Positions 1 to 10,500 of a DNA stretch of 17,845 nucleotides are shown here, piece by piece. Position 1 is the stretch's first letter; each line of letters begins with the position of its first letter. The position numbers and the translations under genes were made by a program. The notes beneath the pieces were generated by a model. That model worked only from the letters and a program-made list of their open reading frames with translations. It was not told the DNA's origin and made no database searches. This DNA comes from an uncultured Aquificales bacterium (lineage in GTDB: Bacteria; Thermosulfidibacterota; Thermosulfidibacteria; Thermosulfidibacterales; Thermosulfidibacteraceae), in NCBI GenBank assembly GCA_964411615.1, contig CAYPLO010000029.1:1-17845 (forward strand). Direction: 5' to 3'.

Positions 1-404
1 GAGAGCTTTACGATAAGCTCCATAAACCTGTCGCTTATGAGTCTCTTATCTAAGGATACCTGATGAGCCTTGGCATGGTCCTCAAGGATGGAGAGAATCT
101 TCTCCCTGAGTTCATCGGGTCTCTTTATGACACCTGAGCCAAAGGAGATGTGTATAACGGGGTACCTCCTTGACCAGTCCCAGTTGTCGTAGAGGAACAA
201 TCCCTCAAAAAGCTCCCACTTTCCCAGAAAGGCCTGCTTCAGCGTGTCGACGAATAGGCTTTTGCCAAAGCGCCTGGGGCGGGAGAGGAAGTAGAACTTG
301 CCCTCGTCAGCAAGCTTCTTCACAAAGGGGGTCTTGTCCACGTAGTAGTAGCCCTCGGTTCGTATCTCCTCAAAGCTCTGTATGCCGATGGGCAGTTTCC
401 TCAT
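1..404 (-). CDS. AAA-ATPase-like protein (PF09820-type; family usually fused to a C-terminal PD-(D/E)XK nuclease), 3' part outside window
   Basis: Manual translation from ATG at 404: MRKLPIGIQSFEEIRTEGYYYVDKTPFVKKLADEGKFYFLSRPRRFGKSLFVDTL...YPVIHISF. LPIGIQ-F, YYVDKT and the Walker A variant RPRRFGKS are hallmarks of this family. The frame is open to the window edge; not in the ORF track. Confidence 0.9.
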   Translation of the reverse strand, partial: MRKLPIGIQSFEEIRTEGYYYVDKTPFVKKLADEGKFYFLSRPRRFGKSLFVDTLKQAFLGKWELFEGLFLYDNWDWSRRYPVIHISFGSGVIKRPDELREKILSILEDHAKAHQVSLDKRLISDRFMELIVKL

Positions 405-412
405 CTTAGTCT

Positions 413-441
413 ATACTAATCGGGCACAGGATTTCTCGCAA
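413..441 (-). promoter_or_regulatory. Candidate sigma70-type promoter for the AAA-ATPase gene (leaderless or very short leader)
   Basis: Minus strand TTGCGA (441-436), 17 nt, TAGTAT (418-413), then 8 nt to the ATG at 404. No Shine-Dalgarno before the ATG. Confidence 0.4.
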
Positions 442-1039
442 GCCACTGGTAGATATTTATGAAGAACCTCCGGTTGTCGTACTGGTCAACCGGGTAGTAG
501 GGAAGAAGCGGACCTGTGGGCAGTATCACCACCCTCCCCCTGCCGTAGTCCATCGCCACAGCCACCACCTTCCCGTCGGGGGTCTGAAGCAGGGGTGCCT
601 TGCCCTGCATATTCTTTATGTCGGGCAGTCTGTGTATGAACAGCTTCACCTTTGACACACCTTTCAGCAGTGGATGATTCACCATGGGAACCCTCTCCAG
701 AACAACCGGGGTCCACCTGCCAATCTGTGCGTACTCCACATCTTCTTTTTTCAGAAACACCGAAGCGCTATCGGTCTCATCGTCGGCTCCCATGTAGGCC
801 AGGGCCCCTCCCCCCGTGTTCACCCACTTTCTGAGAGCATCCTGTAGCTCTGCCGGCAGAAAGGCCACACCTACCCTCAAGTCCACCACCTGATAGTCTC
901 CACCCTTAACCAGAAAGTCCCACAGCTGATTGATGTTATCCCTGTACACCACAAGGACCTTCACTTTGGGTAGCTGGGAATACTGATAGGGCGTGAGGGC
1001 CAGAAGGAGAAGGGATAGAATAAAAAGGGACTTCCTCAT
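416..1039 (-). CDS. Secreted hypothetical protein, class I glutamine amidotransferase-like fold (DUF4350/GIFT-like)
   Basis: 207 aa. Signal-peptide-like N-terminus MRKSLFILSLLLLALTP. Motifs ALRKWVNTGGGAL, HPLLKGV, VAVAMDYGRGRVVIL and DNRRFFINIYQWLA resemble non-catalytic GATase1-like domains. ATG overlaps the purH stop (TGATG). Confidence 0.65.
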   Translation of the reverse strand: MRKSLFILSLLLLALTPYQYSQLPKVKVLVVYRDNINQLWDFLVKGGDYQVVDLRVGVAFLPAELQDALRKWVNTGGGALAYMGADDETDSASVFLKKEDVEYAQIGRWTPVVLERVPMVNHPLLKGVSKVKLFIHRLPDIKNMQGKAPLLQTPDGKVVAVAMDYGRGRVVILPTGPLLPYYPVDQYDNRRFFINIYQWLARNPVPD

Positions 1040-2532
1040 CAGTGCCTGAAGTGCCGCATACGGGTGAACACCATGGCCATGCCGAGTCTGTTGGCAGCCT
1101 CTATAACCTCCTTATCCCTTATGGAGCCTCCAGGCTGAATCACCGCAGTTATGCCGAACTTCGCCGCCTCCTCCACACCATCGGGGAAGGGGAAGAAGGC
1201 ATCGGATGCCATAACTGCACCGTCGGTGATATGCCCGAACTGGCGGGCCTTCATACCGGCTATCCTTACAGAGTCCACCCTGCTCGTCTGTCCAGCCCCA
1301 ACCCCCAAGACCATGCCGTCCTTTGCGAATACTATGGCATTGGACTTCACATGTTTTACCACCTTGAAGGCAAAGATAAGGTCTGAAAGCTCTTCTTCAG
1401 TGGGCTCTCTGCCGGTCACGACCTCCAGGTTTGAGTAGAGCTCTCCGTCCCTCTCCTGCACCAGCATTCCCCCGAGAACACTCTTGTAGGCCAGAGCATC
1501 CAGCTCTCCCCATCTCTCCAGCTCAATCACCCTCAGGTTCTCCTTTTTGGAGAGTATCTTCAGGGCCTCCTTGGAGTACTCTGGAGCCACCACCACCTCA
1601 AAGAAGTGCTTCACCATCTCCTCCGCCGTCTCCGGGTCTACCATTCGGTTGAAGGCCACTATACCTCCGTATGCAGACACAGGGTCGCATCCCAAGGCTC
1701 TAACGAAGGCATCCCTCGCATTCTTGCCTGTGGCCACCCCGCAGGGATTGGTGTGCTTTATTATGGCGCAGGTGGGCTCTTCATCAAACTCCAGTATAAG
1801 CTCGTAGGCAGCCGCCGCATCGTGTATGTTGTTGTAGGAGAGCTGCTTTCCCTGGTGCTGCACTATCCTGCCAAATCCCAGATAGGTTCCTGCTCTGTAG
1901 AAGGCCGCCTTCTGGTGGGGATTCTCCCCGTACCTGGGCTCCATAACCTTCTCAAGGGCAAGCACCATCCTATCGGGGAAGGGTTCAGACGAAAGCCACC
2001 GGCATATGGCGGCGTCGTAACAGGCCGTCAGTGAGAAGGCTTTGTATGCAAGCCTCTTTCTATCCTCGTAGTCCAAATCCCCCTTCTCCTTGAGCTTCTC
2101 CAAAACCCATCCGTAATCTTCAGGGTCCACGAGGACTATCACGTGTCTGTGGTTCTTTGCGGCTGCCCTCACCAGAGTTGGCCCGCCTATATCTATCATC
2201 TCAACGGAGGGCTGCTCCTCAAAGGGGTACAGGTTCACAACCACCACGTCTATGGGCTCTATCCCCAGCTCTTCCAAGGTCTTCATGTGCTCCGGGTTTG
2301 ACCTGTCCGCCAGGATTCCCGCGTGGACCTTGGGATGCAGGGTCTTCACCCTCCCGTCCAGTATCTCAGGAAAACCGGTGTGGCTTGAGACATCCCTCAC
2401 CTTAACCCCGGCCTCCCTCAGAACCCTGGCCGTGTTTCCCGTTGAGAGTATTCCGTATCCCAGCGATGAGAGCTCCCTTGCCAGCTCCACAATCCCCTCT
2501 TTTTTATAGGCGCTTATAAGGGCCCACTTCAT
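1039..2532 (-). CDS. purH: Bifunctional AICAR transformylase / IMP cyclohydrolase
   Basis: Motifs GRVKTLHPKVHAGIL, IDIGGPT, RYGENPHQ, LSYNN, IIKHTNPCG, KHVKSNAI, ASDAFFPF, QPGGSIRD and C-terminal RHFRH. Start moved to ATG 2532 (MKWALIS, 497 aa), preceded by SD GGAGGTG. Confidence 0.98.
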   Translation of the reverse strand: MKWALISAYKKEGIVELARELSSLGYGILSTGNTARVLREAGVKVRDVSSHTGFPEILDGRVKTLHPKVHAGILADRSNPEHMKTLEELGIEPIDVVVVNLYPFEEQPSVEMIDIGGPTLVRAAAKNHRHVIVLVDPEDYGWVLEKLKEKGDLDYEDRKRLAYKAFSLTACYDAAICRWLSSEPFPDRMVLALEKVMEPRYGENPHQKAAFYRAGTYLGFGRIVQHQGKQLSYNNIHDAAAAYELILEFDEEPTCAIIKHTNPCGVATGKNARDAFVRALGCDPVSAYGGIVAFNRMVDPETAEEMVKHFFEVVVAPEYSKEALKILSKKENLRVIELERWGELDALAYKSVLGGMLVQERDGELYSNLEVVTGREPTEEELSDLIFAFKVVKHVKSNAIVFAKDGMVLGVGAGQTSRVDSVRIAGMKARQFGHITDGAVMASDAFFPFPDGVEEAAKFGITAVIQPGGSIRDKEVIEAANRLGMAMVFTRMRHFRH

Positions 2533-2533
2533 C

Positions 2534-3607
2534 TCAAAGCACCTCCCCTGCAAGGTACTCAACCACTTCCTTCACCCTATCCTTAACGTGCTGTCTGTGG
2601 CCGCTCCAGCCCGGCACATCCCATATGCCGGGACCATCGTAACCCTCCATTATGGATATCCTCAGAAAGCTCTCCGGGAGCCTATCCGGTATCTCTCTGC
2701 CCGTTACGGTTGCCCAGATGATGGACCATATCCTGGCCACATTCACCATATCGTACCCCCCTCCACCTGTTATCACCACAGAGGGAGGCAGGTTCTCCCT
2801 GAGCATCTCTCCTATCTTCCGGTATATGCCTGTGGTCAGGTAGAGGGAGGTTAGCGGGTCGTCCTTGTGGCCATCGGCACCTGCCTGCAGAAACAGCACA
2901 TCCGGGGCAAATCTCCTCATAAGGGGTATCACAAGCTTCTCCATAACAAATAGAAGGTCCTCATCCTCTGCGTATCTGGGCAGAGGAACGTTCACATTGT
3001 ATCCCCTGCCCTCCCCTTCTCCAAGCTCCTCAGGGCTCCCTGTCCCGGGGAATATCCCCTCCTGATGGATGGAGACCACCATGACGGAAGAGTCCCTGTA
3101 AAATGCGTTCTGAACCGCATCGCAGTGGTGGGCGTCTATGTCAAGGTAGAAGACCTTCTTTCCCGCATCCCTCAACCTCTTTATGCCCAGAACCACATCG
3201 TTCAGATAGCAAAACCCCGATGCCCTGTCCGGGTGGGCGTGGTGCATGCCACCCCCTAAGTTGAAGGCCACCCCACCCTCCGTCACCTCCTCAACGGCCT
3301 TCAGGGTTCCTCCAACAGCATACCTGGCAAACCTGTATATTCCCGGAATCACAGGATTATCCTGCGTTCCAAGGCCGAACTCGGGGGCTTCCCTCTCCTC
3401 CCTCAGGGCCTCAATGTAGGGTGGGGTGTGGTACAGAAGGAGGGTTTCCTCAGGGGGAAGGTACGGCTCAACCACAGAGGCCCCCGAAAGAAGCCCCATC
3501 TCCTCCATAAGCTGGTAGGCGAGCTTAACCCTCACCGGCCTCATGGGGTGTAGCCTTCCGAAGTCAAAGTCCCAGAAGGCACGGGAAAAGACCACCACAT
3601 TCTTCAA
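2534..3607 (-). CDS. acuC: Zn-dependent histone-deacetylase-family protein (AcuC/HDLP-like)
   Basis: Motifs HPMRPVR, GGGMHHA, SGFCYLND, DIDAHHCD, SIHQ, FPGTG, NVPLP, GADGHKDDPL, GGGGY. TTG start preceded by SD AGGAGGT. Confidence 0.92.
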   Translation of the reverse strand: MKNVVVFSRAFWDFDFGRLHPMRPVRVKLAYQLMEEMGLLSGASVVEPYLPPEETLLLYHTPPYIEALREEREAPEFGLGTQDNPVIPGIYRFARYAVGGTLKAVEEVTEGGVAFNLGGGMHHAHPDRASGFCYLNDVVLGIKRLRDAGKKVFYLDIDAHHCDAVQNAFYRDSSVMVVSIHQEGIFPGTGSPEELGEGEGRGYNVNVPLPRYAEDEDLLFVMEKLVIPLMRRFAPDVLFLQAGADGHKDDPLTSLYLTTGIYRKIGEMLRENLPPSVVITGGGGYDMVNVARIWSIIWATVTGREIPDRLPESFLRISIMEGYDGPGIWDVPGWSGHRQHVKDRVKEVVEYLAGEVL

Positions 3608-3630
3608 GGCGCCACCTCCTGAACGGCCAT

Positions 3631-3659
3631 ATTAAACAGGTTGACTAACACAAAGGCAA
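3631..3659 (-). promoter_or_regulatory. Putative sigma70 promoter for the acuC-purH run
   Basis: Minus strand TTGCCT (3659-3654), 17 nt, TTTAAT (3636-3631), upstream of the acuC SD. Confidence 0.55.
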
Positions 3660-3669
3660 GGAGTAATAG
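3641..3669 (+). promoter_or_regulatory. Putative sigma70 promoter for the asd-guaB run, overlapping the divergent promoter
   Basis: TTGACT at 3641-3646. The -10 is weak: TAATAG at a 17-nt spacer or AGTAAT at a 15-nt spacer. Confidence 0.35.
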
Positions 3670-3699
3670 CCTCAAAAATCTCATTCTGGAGGCGAAAGG

Positions 3700-6218
<2,519 letters not shown>

Positions 6219-6226
6219 GGAGTTAG

Positions 6227-7576
6227 GTGGAGGGAATCTACTACGCTTTAACCTCCACAAGACAGTCGCTGTTTGATTTTATAGACGCATTCAGGTGGGT
6301 ATCTGAGCCTTCTTACGCTGGAAATGATTTTCTAAAGGGCCATGGCCTCAGGACAGCTTATATATCCGCTAAGATAGGCACCTTAATAGGCCTTCCATCA
6401 AACAGGCTTAACAAACTTATTAAGGCGGCCATGCTCCACGAGGTAGGCTTCGTCTTTATCAAAAACAGGCCTGACAACCTCCAAAGCATTGAAGAGATAG
6501 CTCTTGTTCAGCACTCGGAGATAGGGGCTTGGATGGTGGGTAAGCTCTCATTCATAGGAGATGCCGACGATATAGCAGAGATTATAAGGTTCCATCACGT
6601 AGACTACGAGCAAGGTATGGAAAGGGATGTTCCCATTGAGGCTTTTATAGTTAAGCTGGCCAATAATATAGATGCCCTTCAGAGCCGGTATGACCACCCC
6701 ACCCTTTACAGGGAAGAGATGGCAGAGGCCATAGAGGGTGTCAGGGTACCTCCTGAGATTCTTGATACAGGAATTGAGCTTGTCCTCTCGGCACCCTACC
6801 AGTTCTGGTTTGCCCTTAAAAACTCCCCTGAAATTCAAAAAAGGTATCTCAAAAACAGCGGCAGGTGGGACGAGATAGTATACGACCTTCAGACCCTTGA
6901 TGAGATTGGTAGCACTGTGCTCAACCTTATAGACTTCAGGTCTCCAATCACCTCAACACATTCCACAAGGGTTGCCTTTATAGCGGAGTACCTCAGCAGG
7001 CTCATGGACGAGCCTTACTATATACAGAGACTCGCCAGAATAGCGGGGTATCTGCATGATATAGGCAAGGTGGTGATACCCATAGAGATTCTTGAGAAAG
7101 CCGGAAGACTGACCAGTGAGGAGTACAGCATAATACAATCTCATATATGCTATACGTACCTCTTCTTCTCCAAGGCCAATATAGAGCCTAAGGTGGTGAA
7201 TCTGGCTTCCTTCCACCATGAGAGGCTTGACGGCTCAGGCTACCCCTTCGGCCTTCGCGATGAGCATATGTCCATACCTGAGAAGATACTTCAGGTGGCC
7301 GACGTTGCGGCAGCTCTTTCAGAAAAGAGGTCATACAAATCCATAATGCCCAAGGACAGCATAATCTCAATACTGAAAGACCAGGCAAACTCTGGAAAGC
7401 TTTGTAAGCGTGTTGTGGAGGTTGTTGAGAAGAACTTTGATGACATGTATGACCTGATTAAAGCCGAGGTTGACAGAAAAAGTTACGAGTTTATCAGCTT
7501 TGTGGAAGAGATGGCATCAAGGGTGACTGAGATAGAGGTTTTGTTAAAGTCAAAGGAGATAAGTTACAGTTTTTAG
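6227..7576 (+). CDS. Tandem HD / HD-GYP domain cyclic-dinucleotide phosphodiesterase
   Basis: C-terminal domain intact: HSTRVA, LHDIGK, H(ICY), HHERLDGSGYPFGL, VADV, RSYK. N-terminal HD degenerate: HGLRTA, LHEVG, HSEIG, HHVDYEQG, LANNID. GTG start with SD GAGGAG. Confidence 0.9.
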   Translation: MEGIYYALTSTRQSLFDFIDAFRWVSEPSYAGNDFLKGHGLRTAYISAKIGTLIGLPSNRLNKLIKAAMLHEVGFVFIKNRPDNLQSIEEIALVQHSEIGAWMVGKLSFIGDADDIAEIIRFHHVDYEQGMERDVPIEAFIVKLANNIDALQSRYDHPTLYREEMAEAIEGVRVPPEILDTGIELVLSAPYQFWFALKNSPEIQKRYLKNSGRWDEIVYDLQTLDEIGSTVLNLIDFRSPITSTHSTRVAFIAEYLSRLMDEPYYIQRLARIAGYLHDIGKVVIPIEILEKAGRLTSEEYSIIQSHICYTYLFFSKANIEPKVVNLASFHHERLDGSGYPFGLRDEHMSIPEKILQVADVAAALSEKRSYKSIMPKDSIISILKDQANSGKLCKRVVEVVEKNFDDMYDLIKAEVDRKSYEFISFVEEMASRVTEIEVLLKSKEISYSF

Positions 7577-7586
7577 GAGGGTGAAT

Positions 7587-10500
7587 ATGCCACTAAAGCA
7601 GATATTTTCTGAGTTGGTAATCTCAGCGGCACCCAGGGGATACTTAGCGGCACTGGGAAAGGAGGCCTTTGAAAAGCGCATAGATATGCTCTGGGAGCTG
7701 TTCAAGAAAAGGGAAAATGGTTTAAAGATAGAGTTTGTTGAAAGGGAAGGAGTAAGGGGAATATTTGTCAATCTCTCAGAGCAGCCCTTCGTGGTTGACA
7801 CCACAGAACTCATACTCAAAAGGGAAGAGATTCCCTACAGAGCCATCATACATCCGTCCCTCAGGGTGAAGAGGGAGAATGGAGAGGTTGTAGCCTTAGG
7901 AGAAGGTGAGAGGGAGCTTCTGCTGTTCGTGGAGCTATTTCCTGAGACGCCCTCAGAAGCTGTCAGCAGGGCCGTTGAGCGTATAAGGGCCGTCATGCCC
8001 ATGGTCCAGGCCATGGTCCAGGACTTCCTGAATATGCGAAAGAAGGTGAGAGACGCGGTAAACGACGTTGAATTTCTTGAGGAGGCGGGAAAGGTTCCAT
8101 CGGAAGATGCTAAGGAGGTGGCGAGCTTCCTCAACTGGCTCATAGACGATAACTTTGTCTTTTGCGCCTACGGAGAGCTTAAAGGGAAGGAGCTGTCCCG
8201 CACAAGAGGTATCCTCAGGGAGGAGTTTGCCAAGGGCTATCTGATAAACATGGAGGAGGTGACAGAGACCCTTGAGAACAGAAAAGAGCTTCTGGTTGTG
8301 GAGAAGCTCTCCGTGGACTCTTACATCCACAGGACCGGCAAGATGGACCTTGTGGCGTGCAGGCTCGTGGATGAGGAAGGTCGGTTCACAGGGTGGCGGT
8401 TCTGGATAGGATTGTGGGCCAAGAAGGCTGTTAGCACCAAGGGAAGCGATGTTCCCCTGCTCAGGAAGAAGCTTGAGAGGATAGTGTCCCGCAAAAAGGT
8501 GGTTTTCGGAAGCCACGAGTACAAGAAGATAGTGGAGATATTCAACGCCATCCCCATTGAGGACCTCTTTACATCAACAGTTGAGGAGATAGAGGAGGTC
8601 ATAGACGCCATACTCTCCATGGGTATGGAGGCTGAGACCCATGTTGTGGTGAGGGGCAAAGGAAAGGGAATCACCTCCGTTCTGGTCATGATACCTGAGA
8701 GCCGCTTCTCCATGAACGTGGCGGAGAGGCTGAAAGGTTATCTAACTGAAGTCTTCCAGTCCGACTACGCCGATGTGAGATTCTCCATATACGAGGGCAA
8801 TATAGCCCTCATCTGCTTCTTCCTGACCCCCAAAGTGGATAGAGAAATTACGGCGGAGCAGCTCAAACCTGAGATAGAGAGGCTCACCGCCGAGTGGGAA
8901 GACCTGTTCCGTGAAGAGCTTAAGGCAAAGGTGGGAAGCGAGTGGGAATCCCTCTTCTTCAAATACGCCCCCGCCTTCACGGAGGACTACAAGGCCCTCA
9001 CGTCACCTGCCGAGGCTGTTGAGGACCTTCTAAACATAGAGGAGATAAGCGAGGATAACCCGTTTAAGGTGGTGCTCTCAGAGGATGAGCAGTTCAGTGT
9101 GGTAAAGATATACAGCCTCTTTGAGTGGAAGCTTTCCGATGCGGTGCCTGTGCTTGAGAACTTCTACCTTACCATATGGGACGAAAAGCCCTTCAAGGTG
9201 AAGCTTCCCACCTCAAGGCAGGTCTACATCCACAGCTACAGGGTTCTCACCAAGGATGGCTCCAAGATTCCGGATGATTCCAGGGAGAAGCTCTCAGACG
9301 CCATAACTGCCGTGGTTGAGAAGAAGGTTGAGTCTGACCCACTGAACAATCTGGTTCTCATAGCTGGGTTTGACTGGAAGGCGGTGGACGTCATCAGGAC
9401 TTACAGGAACTACATACGCCAGATAGTGCCCTCCATAGCCTTCTCCACCACCTACGCTGCCTTGAGAAACTACCCGAAACTAACGGTTCTTCTCTGGAAA
9501 TACTTTGACACCAAGTTCAATCCGAAGCTGGGGCTGTCCTTGGATGAGAGAAGGGAAAAGCTCTCCAAGATAGAGGAGGAGTTCCAGCAGCTACTGAACG
9601 ATGTGAGTAGCATCGCCGAGGATAAGGTCTTCAGAACCTACTTCAACGCCATACAGAGCACCATAAGGACCAACTTCTACAGGGAGGATAAGGTCTCCCA
9701 CTACGTGTCCATAAAGATAGACTGCTCAAAGATTCTTGAGATGCCCCTTCCCAGGCCCATGTATGAGGTTTACGTCCACGAGTACGGGATGGAGGGTGTC
9801 CATCTGAGAGGGGGCAAGGTTGCCAGGGGTGGTATAAGGTGGAGCGACAGACCGGACGACTTCAGAACGGAGATTCTTGGGCTCATGAAGACCCAGATGA
9901 TAAAGAACGCCATCATAGTCCCAACAGGGGCCAAAGGCGGGTTCATAATAAAGTTCAGATACTACAGTCCCAAGACCAGAGAGGAGCTCAACGAGCTGGT
10001 CAAGGAGAAGTACACCTTCCTGATAAGGGGACTCCTGGATGTTACCGATAACATAGTCGACGGAAAGGTTGTCCATCCTCCCAATGTGGTGAGATACGAC
10101 GATGACGACCCCTACCTGGTGGTGGCTGCAGACAAGGGAACCGCCAAGCTGTCGGATGTGGCCAACGCCATAGCCAAGGAGTACGGGTTCTGGCTTGACG
10201 ACGCCTTTGCCTCGGGAGGTTCCACGGGATACGACCACAAGAAGATGGGAGTCACCGCCAAGGGCGCCTGGGTCTGCGTGAGGCGCCACTTCATGGAGAT
10301 GGGGATTGACCCGGAAAAAGATGTCATCACCGTGGTGGGCATAGGGGATATGTCCGGCGATGTCTTCGGCAACGGAATGTTGCTCTCAAGGACCATAAAG
10401 CTTATAGCCGCCTTCAACCACAGGGTAATCTTCATAGACCCGGACCCGGACCCGGAAACCTCCTATCAGGAGAGGCTCAGACTCTTTAAGGAGGTGAAGG

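Noticed and set aside
170..409. 79-aa plus-strand ORF from the track
   Set aside because: Lies antisense to the AAA-ATPase gene, which has clear family motifs; its Ser/Arg/Pro-rich sequence looks non-coding.
2533..2562. Longer track starts for purH (2562), and likewise guaB (4734), gdh (7581), yebC (13355) and ruvC (14125)
   Set aside because: Downstream starts fit SD spacing, stop-start overlaps and family N-termini better.
3608..3699. Purine or ZTP riboswitch upstream of purH/guaB, or lysine riboswitch upstream of asd
   Set aside because: The 92-nt region is filled by promoter candidates and SDs, and no aptamer consensus or terminator is visible.
7999..8022. Perfect 12-nt tandem repeat CCATGGTCCAGG x2 in gdh
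   Set aside because: In frame (MVQAMVQD) within a predicted helix that, from recall, has normal length for the family; two copies carry no evident function.
10437..10454. Tandem hexamer GACCCG x3
   Set aside because: Encodes the IDPDPDP motif conserved in large GDHs; in frame and not a contingency repeat.
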